Assembly: GCA_001192655.1 (NCBI GenBank)
Contig: BBVC01000002.1
Span: forward strand, 1 to 32,000
DNA: 32,000 bases
Source: Caedimonas varicaedens
GTDB lineage: Bacteria > Pseudomonadota > Alphaproteobacteria > Caedimonadales > Caedimonadaceae
Reading direction: 5' to 3'
In this document: one piece after another, positions 7,883 to 18,315 of the stretch
Numbering within the stretch: the first letter of the stretch is position 1
Layout: each line of letters begins with the position of its first letter
Notes under the pieces: generated by a model
Databases searched by the model: none
Told to the model about the DNA's origin: nothing
What the model saw: the letters and a program-made list of their open reading frames with translations, nothing else
Position numbers and translations under genes: made by a program

Positions 7883-10445
7883 GATTCACAACCTTATTGG
7901 GTACAATGATAATTTTTTTAAGCTGCTTTTCCTCAAGGGCTTTTCGCACAATCTCGAGCCTAAGCGTTTTTTCCTGAATCTCATCTTGGGAAAGATCTGT
8001 CGCCACGTCAAGAGTCGAACGCAATTTACCGTTAATTTGAATGGCAAGTGTTATGCTTTCTGCCTGGATGAGCATCGCATCAGCCACAGGCCACGAATGA
8101 AGCGTCAGGAATGAATCATGCCCCAGCTTCTGCCACAATTCCTCTGTCAAATGGGGACACGTAGGATGGAGTAAAATCAAAAGGCTCTCTATGGCTTCCC
8201 TTAGAACAGCAGGCTGATAGTCCTCAGGTTGAGAAATGTCATCCAGAAAATTTGTAAATTCTCTCAATCTTGCTACATACCGATTCAAGTGAAAAACATC
8301 CAGATCCTTGCTGGCAGCTGCAATCGTCTGATGAGTTTTGCGACGTAAGACGATATCAGCTTCATTCAGGGTGAGTATCTCTACTGATAAAGAACATCCC
8401 ACAATACAAGGCTCCAGAGTCTGAATCAAATTCCAGATGCGGTTCAGATATTTCCAAATTCCCTGAATACCCGCGTCTGTCCACTCTAAATCACGATCGG
8501 GGGGGCTATCTGAAATCATAAAAAGCCGTGCCGTATCAGCACCAAAATCGCGAACAATCGTGTCAGGATCAATGACATTTTTCTTTGACTTACTCATTTT
8601 TTCAGAACGTCCCCGTATCAGAGGAACACCATCGCGGCCACGCACCAGTATATTATTTTCTCTAAATTCCACTTCCTGGGGTGCGACCCACTCACCCGAA
8701 GCTGTGCGATAGGTTTCGTGACAAATCATTCCTTGTGCTAAAAGACGCTTAAACGGCTCATCAATAGCAAGATATCCACAATCCCTTAATGCACGTGTAA
8801 AAAAACGCGCATAAAGCAAATGCAGGATGGCATGTTCAATGCCACCAATATATTGATCCACAGGAAGCCAATGCTGGGCAGAAACTCTATCAAAAGGCTG
8901 ATTTGAATGAGGGGAACAGAAGCGGGTAAAGTACCATGATGATTCAAAAAAAGTGTCCAGAGTGTCTGTTTCACGCTGGGCTGAACCCTGGCATTGCGGA
9001 CAAGTTGTCTGTCCCCAGGTGGGGTGATGAGCCAAGGGATTTCCTGGACGATCGAAGGTCACATCTTCCGGAAGCTCGATGGGAAGTTGACTTTCAGGAA
9101 CGGGAATAATACCGCAGACAGTGCAATGAATCATGGGAATAGGACACCCCCAATAGCGTTGACGAGAGACACCCCAGTCTCGAAGGCGATAGGTTGTGAC
9201 AGCTTCTCCCTGCCCGGACTCTATCAATTTTTGCAGGATATATTTTTTGGCCTCTTGAACAGTCATGCCATCCAAAAAATCAGAATTAAAAAGAATACCA
9301 TCTTCTGTAAAAGCTGTATGATCCCCCTCTTTAAATCCCTGTATTTCAGGTTGAAGAGGTCGAACTACAGGCAAAATATTCAGCTTATATTTGCGTGCAA
9401 AATCCAGATCTCTCTGATCATGAGCGGGGCATCCGAACACAGCCCCTGTGCCGTAATCCATAAGAACAAAATTAGCCACATAAAGAGGCAGAACTTTTTC
9501 AGCAATGAAGGGATGTTGAACTTTAAGTCCTGTATCAAATCCTGTCTTTTCTGCTTTCTCAAGCGCTTCTTCACTTGTTCCCTGGCGATTGCACTCAACA
9601 ATAAATTCTTTAAGAGACGCGGACGTTTCGGCAAGTTTTTCCGCGAGAGGATGATGAGGGGAAAGAGCAATAAAAGAAGCGCCGAACAGGGTGTCCGGAC
9701 GGGTTGAAAAAATTTCCAGGGGTTCATGAGTCCCCATAACATTAAAAATAATTTTTGCCCCATCTGATTTGCCAATCCAGTGACGCTGCATTGTCACAAT
9801 TTTTTCAGGCCACTCGGTGAGTGTATCAAGACCTGCAAGCAATTCTTCCGCGTACGCTGTGACTTTTAAATACCATTGTGCCAACTTGCGTTTTTCAACA
9901 GGAGCGCCTGAACGCCAGCCACGCCCATCAACAACTTGCTCATTGGCAAGAACTGTATTTTCAACAGGATCCCAATTGACAAAGCTTTCCTTGCGATATA
10001 CTAAACCCTTTTGATAAAAATCAAGAAATAGCTTTTGCTCATGCCGATAATAATCAGATGAACACGTAGCAATTTCACGTGCCCAATCATAGGAAAACCC
10101 TATGCTTTTTTGCTGGTTACGCATGACCTCGATGTTATTGTAAGTCCACTGTGCAGGATGTGACTTATTTTCAATAGCCGCATTTTCAGCAGGCAAGCCA
10201 AAAGCATCCCAACCCATGGGATGCAGAACATTATAGCCCTGAAGTAAACGCAGGCGCGCGATCACATCCCCTATAGTATAATTCCGAACATGTCCCATAT
10301 GAAGACGGCCTGAGGGATAGGGAAACATTTCAAGGACATAGTATTTGGGTTTAGAAGAATTCTCTTGGGCAGCGAAGAGCTTATGCTCTTCCCATTTTTT
10401 TTGCCATTTTTTTTCAAGAACAGAAGGATTATAACGTTCAGACAT
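7869..10445 (-). CDS. leuS: Leucine--tRNA ligase
   Basis: Has class I signatures HMGH ([15 protein letters not shown]) and KMSKS. It aligns along its full length to bacterial LeuS. The start is assigned to the second ATG (MSERYNP..., 10445) rather than 10469. Confidence 0.95.
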   Translation of the reverse strand: MSERYNPSVLEKKWQKKWEEHKLFAAQENSSKPKYYVLEMFPYPSGRLHMGHVRNYTIGDVIARLRLLQGYNVLHPMGWDAFGLPAENAAIENKSHPAQWTYNNIEVMRNQQKSIGFSYDWAREIATCSSDYYRHEQKLFLDFYQKGLVYRKESFVNWDPVENTVLANEQVVDGRGWRSGAPVEKRKLAQWYLKVTAYAEELLAGLDTLTEWPEKIVTMQRHWIGKSDGAKIIFNVMGTHEPLEIFSTRPDTLFGASFIALSPHHPLAEKLAETSASLKEFIVECNRQGTSEEALEKAEKTGFDTGLKVQHPFIAEKVLPLYVANFVLMDYGTGAVFGCPAHDQRDLDFARKYKLNILPVVRPLQPEIQGFKEGDHTAFTEDGILFNSDFLDGMTVQEAKKYILQKLIESGQGEAVTTYRLRDWGVSRQRYWGCPIPMIHCTVCGIIPVPESQLPIELPEDVTFDRPGNPLAHHPTWGQTTCPQCQGSAQRETDTLDTFFESSWYFTRFCSPHSNQPFDRVSAQHWLPVDQYIGGIEHAILHLLYARFFTRALRDCGYLAIDEPFKRLLAQGMICHETYRTASGEWVAPQEVEFRENNILVRGRDGVPLIRGRSEKMSKSKKNVIDPDTIVRDFGADTARLFMISDSPPDRDLEWTDAGIQGIWKYLNRIWNLIQTLEPCIVGCSLSVEILTLNEADIVLRRKTHQTIAAASKDLDVFHLNRYVARLREFTNFLDDISQPEDYQPAVLREAIESLLILLHPTCPHLTEELWQKLGHDSFLTLHSWPVADAMLIQAESITLAIQINGKLRSTLDVATDLSQDEIQEKTLRLEIVRKALEEKQLKKIIIVPNKVVNLVII

Positions 10446-10553
10446 GGAAAAATTTCTTTTCAGGCTCAAAAAATTCTAACGTTCGGACAGAAAACTCCTG
10501 TGAATAGATGCAATGCTCAACGCTTCCATCTGCTGAAAGGAAAAAGATATTTC

Positions 10554-11066
10554 TCATTTGCCATTCTTAATTCGTAATTGACGCGCCTGGGTCAGAATAA
10601 TATCTTCCAATTCCCTTATGGTCGCAGGATCGGCTGGCTGATCAATCCATTGCCCATGATCCAGTTTCTGTTGAAAAATACTAACCTTTAAGCCATCTGC
10701 ACGCAGTTGCCGTCCCAAAATCAAAATATCTACCTTTATCCGTTCCCCAGGTGTTTCAGAAGAGGTATACCAATCGGTCAAAATAACACCTCCAAAAGGA
10801 TCAGCGCTTTTCAGAGGCATAAATGAGATTGTATCCAGAGATGCACGCCATAAAAAACTATTCACGCCGATGCCGATCTCTCCTGTTTTATCTGATTTGG
10901 CTGCATTTCCAAAGGTGAACGCATCATCCGAAAAAAGCGTATCAAGGTTTTTATACTTTTGTTCACGTCGCGTCAGAATTTCATCATTATTATCAACTTT
11001 TACAGTTTCACAGGATACAACGCAAAGAGGAATCAAAAAAAGCGCTAAACGCAAATATTTACTCAT
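10554..11066 (-). CDS. DUF3576-domain lipoprotein
   Basis: Start at ATG 11066, preceded by AGGA; the upstream ATG at 11093 has no SD. Has a signal peptide with lipobox VVSC. The motif IGVNSFLWRASLDTISFMPLKSADPFGGVILTDWY is typical of the alphaproteobacterial DUF3576 family. Confidence 0.7.
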   Translation of the reverse strand: MSKYLRLALFLIPLCVVSCETVKVDNNDEILTRREQKYKNLDTLFSDDAFTFGNAAKSDKTGEIGIGVNSFLWRASLDTISFMPLKSADPFGGVILTDWYTSSETPGERIKVDILILGRQLRADGLKVSIFQQKLDHGQWIDQPADPATIRELEDIILTQARQLRIKNGK

Positions 11067-11254
11067 ATTTTTATCCTGCTCTTTACCTTTCATCTTTCAA
11101 AATAAGGGGGGATGGGAGCTCAGGATTCGTCCTGTTTTCATCCTTTCAGAGATACTGAGCTAGAAAATGCTTTGCTTTCGTCGCTACCCACATCTTGAAA
11201 TACAATGCTCATCTCTCATTTAAGTGAATTTAACAGGTTGTTGACAAAAGACAA

Positions 11255-11290
11255 ATAAAAAAGGAAGGGCTTCACCTTCCTTTTTTATTA
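11255..11290 (-). terminator. Rho-independent terminator downstream of the porin gene (symmetric, could act in both directions)
   Basis: GGAAGG (11263-11268) pairs with CCTTCC (11275-11280) across a 6-nt loop. It is flanked by an A-run on one side and a T-run on the other, and on the - strand the hairpin is followed by TTTTTTATTT. Confidence 0.65.
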
Positions 11291-11318
11291 ACTGACCACG
11301 CGATAAATTACGAACAAT

Positions 11319-12581
11319 TTAGAATTTCAACTTGGTTCCAAATCCAATGATGGTTGCCCTGTTGTTTTTAACGCCATCAGCGATATCACTTGATGTAAGA
11401 CCCACCGCAGCAGCCCCAGTGGCTTTAAGGGCATTCTGAGCAGCTACAGCTCGTGCATCCGTCTTCATGTCCACATAGTTTGCATCGATATAAATGCCCA
11501 GACCCGGAGCAATCTTACGATCCCATGTTGCGGAATAAATGTTGGATTTCGCCTTGCTAAATCCAGACTGAATGTTTCGTGTGCTGTTCAAATAACCAAT
11601 AGCAAATTTATGCTTTCCATAAGTATAGTTCAAGGCAGCACTATAGACTTTTCCAGCATCGCCTCCTGTGACTGCGACAGGAAGTCCTGTGCTAAAATCC
11701 TGATGACCAACCTGTGATTTACCATTGTCGATAAACTCTCCGCCGATCTCCCAGCCATGGTAGCCAAATTGTGCCCCTAAAGCATAGGATTGTGTATTTT
11801 TGAAAGTTGCTGGTGTAGTACTCACGGCATCTTTCAAACGTGTAGGCGCCTGAGTCTTTCCAAAAAGACTTGTTGCTGACAATCGAACATCGAAGCCATT
11901 GGTGAAAGTCTCTTTAAAGTTTACACCTAACCCAACCTGGTTCTTGTCAAAAGGAAGGGATTTAGCGCCGGAAGGGCTGATAGTTTTCAACTTCTGATCA
12001 CCCTCATGCGCCGTAGAAGGTGTAAAAGTAACGCCGGCTTGAACTCCATAAATACGGGGAGTAACATAAATGACTTTCGTTGAATCTTTGGGAGCGCCAG
12101 CAAGATCAGTCGTGATGACAGTTCCCGTTGTCTGGTTCAGAACGTTGGTATAGTTACCGGCAAATCCGCCTGTGGCACCCATCACGGCAAAAGCACCCAC
12201 AGCCATAAAGTCATCAATACCTCGGGTATCACCTGCCATCAAAGTTCCCCACTCATTTTTGAACTTCAAGCGATTTTCCTGAACATTTCCATTGTCAGGG
12301 TTACCAGAAAGACCAAGCAAAGCACTATATTCAACCCCCCCAAAATACTCTGTTTTCCCAAAAATATCAACGTTCAGGCGGGAATCAGCAACCTCCATGT
12401 GGTGACCATTACCCTTTCCACCGTTACCTTCGCGTACAGATTGCTTTAACCCATAATAGTTAACGCTTGTTTCTCCAGAAAAACGCAGGGAAGGAGTCAG
12501 CTCGGACTTGGACGCGGCATCAACAGAAGCAAGGGGCAGGCTGATCGCAAGCACTGCAGTGCCTAGCAAAAGTTTGTTCAT
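11319..12581 (-). CDS. Outer-membrane porin (general diffusion, beta-barrel)
   Basis: Start at ATG 12581, preceded by GGAGG. Has a signal peptide MNKLLLGTAVLAISLPLASVDA, alternating beta-strand pattern, Gly/aromatic-rich composition, and a C-terminal ...GFGTKLKF ending in Phe. Confidence 0.8.
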   Translation of the reverse strand: MNKLLLGTAVLAISLPLASVDAASKSELTPSLRFSGETSVNYYGLKQSVREGNGGKGNGHHMEVADSRLNVDIFGKTEYFGGVEYSALLGLSGNPDNGNVQENRLKFKNEWGTLMAGDTRGIDDFMAVGAFAVMGATGGFAGNYTNVLNQTTGTVITTDLAGAPKDSTKVIYVTPRIYGVQAGVTFTPSTAHEGDQKLKTISPSGAKSLPFDKNQVGLGVNFKETFTNGFDVRLSATSLFGKTQAPTRLKDAVSTTPATFKNTQSYALGAQFGYHGWEIGGEFIDNGKSQVGHQDFSTGLPVAVTGGDAGKVYSAALNYTYGKHKFAIGYLNSTRNIQSGFSKAKSNIYSATWDRKIAPGLGIYIDANYVDMKTDARAVAAQNALKATGAAAVGLTSSDIADGVKNNRATIIGFGTKLKF

Positions 12582-12959
12582 ATTTTTCCTCCGGTAATTT
12601 TTAAGATGTCTATTGAGTTCAGGAGGTTCCACCAGAAACCTCTATCATCCATACTCAGCAACTATTCTGACATTCAATCCTGTCTCTTTCTTAGAATCAA
12701 TCTATTTTTGGCAAATTTTTACTCTTTGTTCTAAAGATGTTGTATGTGTGCAACAGAATGGTATTTTGTGAGTTAAATGCTGTCCCTTAACTCTTAAAAA
12801 CATCCAAAGAGATCACAACCCTATTGAAACACAGCAACCCAAGTTCTTTACAGCAGAGTTTTTTGCGAGAGAAAATTTTTTCTTGCCATTTCTCTTGCTG
12901 TTTGAAACAAAATCCGCTAGACATGCATCATATCATTATAGAACAAGTAGGGTATTATC

Positions 12960-13145
12960 ATGGCTGTTCCCAAGAAAAAAACATCGAAATCTCGTCGAAA
13001 CATGCGCCGCGCTCACGATGCGCTACCACAAAAACAAGCAAGCCAATGCTCAAATTGTGGTGCTCACAAGGTTTCCCATCATATGTGTCCTTCTTGCGGA
13101 CATTACCGTGGACGCCAGGTATTGGATATAGCCATTGCTTCCTGA
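12960..13145 (+). CDS. rpmF: 50S ribosomal protein L32
   Basis: [22 protein letters not shown]... plus a CxxC...CxxC zinc ribbon ([18 protein letters not shown]). Followed by plsX as in most bacteria. Confidence 0.95.
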   Translation: MAVPKKKTSKSRRNMRRAHDALPQKQASQCSNCGAHKVSHHMCPSCGHYRGRQVLDIAIAS

Positions 13146-13203
13146 CCGGGAAGCGATTAAAGCTCAACTCTCATCATCTATACATTAAAGAGGAGAATTG
13201 GTC

Positions 13204-14292
13204 TTGAGCATTGTTCTGGCAATTGATGGAATGGGCGGAGATCAAGCTCCCAAGATTGCCATTGACGGTATGGCTAAAGCCGCGTTACGTTTTCCTCAAT
13301 TACGTTTTGAGCTTTTCGGAACAGAGGAAAAAATCAGACCCCTTCTTGAGCAACAAAAAAATTTATCCACTATTACCCGATTTCATCCCACCACCGAAGT
13401 ATTAACCTCTGAGATCAAACCGACGGCCGCTATTCGAGGGTTCAAGGATTCAAGCCTGCGTCGTGCCATTATGGCGGTACATCAGGGACAGGCTTCGGGT
13501 GTCGTTTCTGCCGGCCCCACAGGCGCCTATATGGTGCTCTCCCGCCTTATACTTGGTACTTTGCCTGGCATTGATCGCCCCGCCATTGGGGGATTGATGC
13601 CCACTTTTAACGGCCTCAAAGTTATGCTCGATATGGGTGCAAACGTAGAAGTAAGCGCAGAAAATCTTGTTGAATTCGCGATTATGGGCGTCGCTTTCGC
13701 GCGCACTGTTTTAGGAATCCAGGAACCTTCAGTAGGGCTTTTAAATATTGGCACTGAAGAACTGAAAGGCAATGCCACAATCAAGCTGGCTTATCAATCG
13801 CTGAAAGAATCTGCATTTATACCCAACTTTAAGGGATTTATTGAGGGAGATTCCCTGAGCCAGGGAATTGTGGATGTAACGGTTGCAGACGGATTTTCTG
13901 GGAATATTTGTCTTAAAACCGCAGAAGGTACAAGCAAACTTTTGGGACATTTTTTACGAGAAGGCATAGAGCGTTCCTTTTTATCTAAGTTAGGTGTACT
14001 TTTGGCAAAACCTGCTTTTAATTATTTGCGCGATAAAATTGATCCCCGTCGTTATAATGGCGCTCCTTTCCTGGGGTTACAGGGCGTCGCTGTCAAAAGC
14101 CATGGGGGAACAGATGGAGAAGGCTTCCTTCAGGCAATCAGTGTCGCTGTCAATATGGTTGAAAAAAACATCAATGCCAGCATTTCTCATGAAATTTTGG
14201 CATTTTCCAGTTTAAACTTGACCGAAGAGAAATTAAAAAATGTCCCATCTGAAACTTCGTCCCCTGTGACAGAAGGTGTTGGAGTCTCCTGA
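13204..14292 (+). CDS. plsX: Phosphate acyltransferase PlsX
   Basis: Has the N-terminal IVLAIDGMGGDQAPK motif and full-length similarity to PlsX. A TTG at 13204 lies 8 nt after AGGAG (13191-13195). The ORF-track start at 13198 is only 2 nt from the SD. Confidence 0.9.
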   Translation: MSIVLAIDGMGGDQAPKIAIDGMAKAALRFPQLRFELFGTEEKIRPLLEQQKNLSTITRFHPTTEVLTSEIKPTAAIRGFKDSSLRRAIMAVHQGQASGVVSAGPTGAYMVLSRLILGTLPGIDRPAIGGLMPTFNGLKVMLDMGANVEVSAENLVEFAIMGVAFARTVLGIQEPSVGLLNIGTEELKGNATIKLAYQSLKESAFIPNFKGFIEGDSLSQGIVDVTVADGFSGNICLKTAEGTSKLLGHFLREGIERSFLSKLGVLLAKPAFNYLRDKIDPRRYNGAPFLGLQGVAVKSHGGTDGEGFLQAISVAVNMVEKNINASISHEILAFSSLNLTEEKLKNVPSETSSPVTEGVGVS

Positions 14293-14293
14293 G

Positions 14294-15283
14294 ATGTCAA
14301 AAGCGCCCGACTTGAAGCGATCCCTTATAATTGGCTGTGGCGGGTATCTTCCTGAAAAAGTCGTTACCAATCACGATCTTGCCAAAACTGTGGAGACTTC
14401 TGATGAATGGATCGTTGAACGCACGGGAATAAGAAAACGACATTTTGCCGCAAAAGATCAAGCGACTTCCGACTTGGCTGTCAAGGCAGCTCTTGTCGCT
14501 CTTCAAGATGCAAAAATCCGGGCAGAAGATCTTGATTTAATCATTGTCAGTACAGCAACGCCAGATCGCACTTTTCCGGCGACAGCCACGATCATTCAGG
14601 CAAAACTGGGGAACAGCAAAGCTCTTGCTTTTGATGTCGCGGGTGTATGTGCCGGTTTTCTGCTAGGATTAAATGTGGCAGATAATTATCTGAAACTGGG
14701 TCAAGCCAAATATGCTCTGGTGATTGGCGCTGAGTCGCTGACATCCCTGCTTGATATGGATGATCGCCGCACATGCGTGTTGTTTGGCGATGGTGCTGGT
14801 GCTGTTGTGATAGAAGCCAAGAACAAGGACGAAATAGATAATGATCGCGGTATTTTGAGCATCAAAATGCAATCCGATGGTCAGTTTCATCATATTTTAT
14901 ACTCAGATGGAGGTCCTTCGACCAATGGAAAAGTCGGGAAACTTCGAATGGACGGCCAGGAAGTCTACCGACATGCTGTTACAAAATTGACGGATTCTGC
15001 CAAACGAATGCTGGCATCTTACACATTGACTGCCGATGATATTGACTGGTTTATCCCACACCAGGCGAATATTCGCATTATCGAGTCAGTGGCTCAGAAA
15101 CTTAAATTTCCTATGGATAAAATTGTTTTAACAGTCCAGGATCATGCGAATACATCAGCGGCATCCATTCCTCTGGCGTTATGGGTGGCAAGGCTGGATG
15201 GACGTTTGAAACCAGGGGATCTTATTCTGCATGAAGCTATTGGCGGTGGACTTATCTGGGGATCGGCCCTGATCAGATTCTAG
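14294..15283 (+). CDS. fabH: 3-oxoacyl-ACP synthase III
   Basis: ATG at 14294 lies just after the plsX stop. Has SDEWIVERTGIRKRHFA, an active-site Cys context (AFDVAGVCAGF), HQANIRI, and C-terminal GGGLIWGSALIRF. Confidence 0.92.
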   Translation: MSKAPDLKRSLIIGCGGYLPEKVVTNHDLAKTVETSDEWIVERTGIRKRHFAAKDQATSDLAVKAALVALQDAKIRAEDLDLIIVSTATPDRTFPATATIIQAKLGNSKALAFDVAGVCAGFLLGLNVADNYLKLGQAKYALVIGAESLTSLLDMDDRRTCVLFGDGAGAVVIEAKNKDEIDNDRGILSIKMQSDGQFHHILYSDGGPSTNGKVGKLRMDGQEVYRHAVTKLTDSAKRMLASYTLTADDIDWFIPHQANIRIIESVAQKLKFPMDKIVLTVQDHANTSAASIPLALWVARLDGRLKPGDLILHEAIGGGLIWGSALIRF

Positions 15284-15295
15284 CAAGGAGATTTC

Positions 15296-15643
15296 ATGAC
15301 TTATGTTGTTACAGAAGCTTGTATTAAATGCAAGTACATGGATTGTGTAGAAGTTTGCCCTGTCGATTGTTTCTATGAGGGCGAGAACATGCTTGCGATC
15401 AATCCCGAACAATGTATCGATTGCGGCGTCTGTGAGCCTGAATGCCCCATTGATGCGATTCAGCCTGATACCCGCGAAGGAAGCGAGAAGTGGGTAGAAC
15501 ATAACCGAGCTTATGCGGCTCTTTGGCCAAATATTCGTTTCGGTGGCATTGCTCCGGAAGACGCTGATGAATGGCGGACTGTATCTGATAAACTTACCCA
15601 ATATTTTAGTGAAAAACCGGGAAAAGGAACACCAAAACCATGA
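15296..15643 (+). CDS. fdxA: 7Fe ferredoxin (3Fe-4S / 4Fe-4S), FdxA type
   Basis: [29 protein letters not shown]...[12 protein letters not shown] is the canonical Azotobacter-type ferredoxin I cysteine pattern. Confidence 0.9.
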   Translation: MTYVVTEACIKCKYMDCVEVCPVDCFYEGENMLAINPEQCIDCGVCEPECPIDAIQPDTREGSEKWVEHNRAYAALWPNIRFGGIAPEDADEWRTVSDKLTQYFSEKPGKGTPKP

Positions 15644-15750
15644 AAAAGGAAAGTATACCTTCCCCCTTTCTCTGGAGTGCATCTAAAAGATTGATTTTTG
15701 TTTTTTTTCTTCTTGCTGTGCTATGGTTTGGGGTATGGTGGGCTTATTGA
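15640..15750 (+). CDS. Candidate 36-aa single-pass membrane mini-protein (not in the ORF track)
   Basis: The ATG at 15640 overlaps the fdxA stop (ATGA). The translation is [36 protein letters not shown], a charged N-terminus followed by an approximately 19-residue hydrophobic helix. The TGA at 15748-15750 abuts the TTG at 15751 of the ABC ATPase ORF. Confidence 0.35.
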   Translation: MKKESIPSPFLWSASKRLIFVFFLLAVLWFGVWWAY

Positions 15751-16536
15751 TTGAATAGCGCTATGAAACAGAAATTGTCACCTTCTTTTCCCATTGTTTC
15801 TTTTACCCATATGTCTGTTAAATATCGCGATCAGCTTGCTCTTCAAGATATCAATGGACATATTAATTCAGGATCGTTAACGGCTATTTTGGGTCCTAAT
15901 GGAGGGGGGAAAAGTACCCTTCTTAAAACTCTTTCAGGATTTCTGAAACCTTTCAGGGGATCTGTAAAATATCAGGGAATTAATGCCCGTCAAATAGCCT
16001 ATCTTCCTCAGCAGGCCGATATTGATCGCTCTTTCCCCTTGACGGTTCGTGAAGTTGTTGCGATGGGACTGACGCAAGAGCGGGGTTTTTTAGGAGATTT
16101 GGAAGGAATATACGAAAAAAATATCAGAGAAGCCCTTGCCCAGGTGGGACTGACCCAGCATTTTAACCGCTCTTTGCACACCCTTTCCGGAGGACAGTTT
16201 CAAAGAGCGCTTTTTGCGCGTCTAAGTATCCAGAAATCTGATTTGATTCTACTTGACGAGCCTTTTTCTGCCATTGATCACGCCACTATTGAGGATCTTA
16301 TGAAACTTGTCCTAAACTGGCATCAGGGGGGGAAAACAATTCTTATCGTCACCCATGATCTTGAATTGATCAAAAGATATTTCCCAGAAACGTTATTACT
16401 GGCGAAGAAAGTTATTGCCTGGGGCTCTACGTCTGAAGTCCTAACTCTTGATAATTTGCGAAAGGCAAAAAAGCTTTCCTGTGATTGGGAAAATCGTTTA
16501 GAATTAGAGCCAGACGAATTTCTCACGACTCTCTAG
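15751..16536 (+). CDS. Metal (Zn/Mn-type) ABC transporter ATP-binding protein
   Basis: Has Walker A GPNGGGKST, signature LSGGQFQRALFARL and Walker B LILLDEPFSAID, and is followed by the cognate permease and cluster-9 binding protein. The start is ambiguous: TTG 15751 or ATG 15763. Confidence 0.85.
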   Translation: MNSAMKQKLSPSFPIVSFTHMSVKYRDQLALQDINGHINSGSLTAILGPNGGGKSTLLKTLSGFLKPFRGSVKYQGINARQIAYLPQQADIDRSFPLTVREVVAMGLTQERGFLGDLEGIYEKNIREALAQVGLTQHFNRSLHTLSGGQFQRALFARLSIQKSDLILLDEPFSAIDHATIEDLMKLVLNWHQGGKTILIVTHDLELIKRYFPETLLLAKKVIAWGSTSEVLTLDNLRKAKKLSCDWENRLELEPDEFLTTL

Positions 16537-16551
16537 CTTGATGATTACCAA

Positions 16552-17397
16552 ATGATTGATTTTTTTATTACTCCTTTTGAATCTTACGCGTTCTTACGGC
16601 GCGGCCTTATGGCTTGTTTTGCTCTTTCTCTGGGCTGTGCACCCATAGGCGTTTTTCTCGTATTAAGACGGATGAGCCTGATGGGGGATGCTCTTTCTCA
16701 TTCTGTATTGCCAGGAGTTGCTATTGGTTATCTTTTTGCCGGACTCAGTCTTCCTGCCATGGGCATTGGGGGAGTTTTCTCTGGATTGATTGTGGCTTCT
16801 CTGGCCAGTTTTGTATCTCGCAAAACTCTTTTGAAAGAAGATGCAAGCTTTGTGGGTTTTTATTTAATCGCTCTGGCTTTAGGTGCTGTCCTTGTCTCTG
16901 TTAAGGGAAATAGCGTGGATCTTATCCATATTTTGTTTGGATCAATTTTGGCTGTTAATAAAGCCTCGCTTTTACTTGTTTCCAGTATTTCTTCTGTCAG
17001 CCTTTTGGTTCTTGCTTTGATTTATCGTCCTTTAATCATTGAGTGTTTTGACCCCATTTTTATGCGATCAATTGGTGTGCGAGGTCATTACTATCATATG
17101 ATGTTTATGGGACTCGTTGTTCTGAATATGGTTGCTGCATTCCAGGCACTTGGAACATTGATGGCCTTGGGGATGATGATGATGCCAGCGATTGCCGCAC
17201 GCTTCTGGGCTCGAGAAATATGGAGTCTATGTGTTTTCGCCTTCTTTTTTGCGCTGACCGCCAGCTATATAGGGCTTGTTCTATCCTTTCACTATCATTG
17301 GCCTTCTGGTCCCTCAATTATTTTGATTGGAAGCATTTTTTATGTTTTCTCTCTGACGCTGGGACGATATGGAAGTTTAAGGCATCCTCGACTATGA
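16552..17397 (+). CDS. Metal ABC transporter permease (ZnuB/MntB/TroC family)
   Basis: 281 aa with about 8-9 TM segments. Has MSLMGDALSHSVLPGVAIGY, the conserved ABC-3 family motif. Confidence 0.85.
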   Translation: MIDFFITPFESYAFLRRGLMACFALSLGCAPIGVFLVLRRMSLMGDALSHSVLPGVAIGYLFAGLSLPAMGIGGVFSGLIVASLASFVSRKTLLKEDASFVGFYLIALALGAVLVSVKGNSVDLIHILFGSILAVNKASLLLVSSISSVSLLVLALIYRPLIIECFDPIFMRSIGVRGHYYHMMFMGLVVLNMVAAFQALGTLMALGMMMMPAIAARFWAREIWSLCVFAFFFALTASYIGLVLSFHYHWPSGPSIILIGSIFYVFSLTLGRYGSLRHPRL

Positions 17398-18293
17398 AAG
17401 TTGCCCTTATTGCTGCTCTTTCCTTTTTCCTGTCATCAAGCTACGCTACAGCCACCGAAAAGAAACAGGAAGTGATTGTCAGTTTCAGTATTTTGGCTGA
17501 TTTTGTCAAAGTTATTGGCAGAGAACACGTGCATGTTACTTCTATTGTTCCCCCCAACAGCGATCCTCATGTATATCAGCCGACTCCGGAAATTCCTGCA
17601 CTTTTAAGCCATGCTGACCTCGTCATCATGAATGGGTTGGATTTTGAGGGATGGATTGCTCGTTTATTAGAGTCCACAAAGTATCAAGGAGTTGTTTCAA
17701 TTGCGACCGAAGGCATCACTCCGCGCATACTTCTGGAACCTGGACTTTCTTCGGCACAAGCTGTCCCTGACCCTCATGCCTGGCATGATGTGTCCCATGC
17801 TATAAGTTACGTTAAAAACATTCGTAATGCCTTGATTAAAGTGGATCCTCTCCATCAAAAAGATTATGAAAAACATGCAAAAGAGTACATTCAGCAACTG
17901 AATTTATTGGACACGTGGATTCAGGAAACCTTCTCCAAAATCTCTCCTGAAAAAAGGACGATTATCTCTGCTCATGATGCCTTTGGTTATTTTGCAGAAC
18001 GATATGGGCTTAAAATTTATGCGCTTCAGGGACTAAGTACAGAGTCAGAGCCTTCTGCCAGAAAGGTTGCTGATCTTATTGACATTATTCATAAAAATAA
18101 TATTCGAGCGTTATTTTGCGAGAATATTACAAATCACAGACTCCTCGAACAGATTGCTCACGAAACAAATATAGAAATAGGGGGGACCCTTTATTCAGAT
18201 GCGCTTTCTGATGACTCAGGCCCTGCTAAAAATTATCTTGAGTTGATGCGCCATAATGTATCTGTATTAAGTTCTACTCTTTCCCAGAAATGA
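17394..18293 (+). CDS. Metal ABC transporter substrate-binding protein (cluster 9, ZnuA/MntA/TroA-like)
   Basis: The ATG at 17394 overlaps the permease stop (ATGA). Has a signal peptide MKVALIAALSFFLSSSYATA, and metal-ligand contexts DPHVYQPTP and PDPHAWHDV. No His-rich loop is visible, so metal specificity is unresolved. Confidence 0.85.
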   Translation: MKVALIAALSFFLSSSYATATEKKQEVIVSFSILADFVKVIGREHVHVTSIVPPNSDPHVYQPTPEIPALLSHADLVIMNGLDFEGWIARLLESTKYQGVVSIATEGITPRILLEPGLSSAQAVPDPHAWHDVSHAISYVKNIRNALIKVDPLHQKDYEKHAKEYIQQLNLLDTWIQETFSKISPEKRTIISAHDAFGYFAERYGLKIYALQGLSTESEPSARKVADLIDIIHKNNIRALFCENITNHRLLEQIAHETNIEIGGTLYSDALSDDSGPAKNYLELMRHNVSVLSSTLSQK

Positions 18294-18315
18294 CATCATG
18301 CCAAATACCAAAAAA

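Noticed and set aside
8786-10014. Several 60-240-aa ORFs on both strands inside leuS, for example 8994-9707 + and 9380-9775 -.
   Set aside because: They are entirely embedded in a gene with unambiguous full-length LeuS signatures. Their translations are low-complexity and Arg/Ser/Cys-rich, typical of off-frame readings.
12824-13207. ORFs of 127, 82 and 69 aa overlapping rpmF on either strand.
   Set aside because: The L32 frame is unmistakable ([13 protein letters not shown]... zinc ribbon). The others are alternative frames with no SD and odd composition.
15179-15682. A 167-aa - strand ORF spanning the fabH end and all of fdxA.
   Set aside because: It is antisense to two genes with canonical motifs and has no independent support.
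17220-17393. A 58-codon N-terminal extension of the metal-binding protein ORF.
   Set aside because: It lies inside the permease coding sequence. The ATG at 17394 gives a canonical signal peptide and an ATGA overlap with the permease stop.
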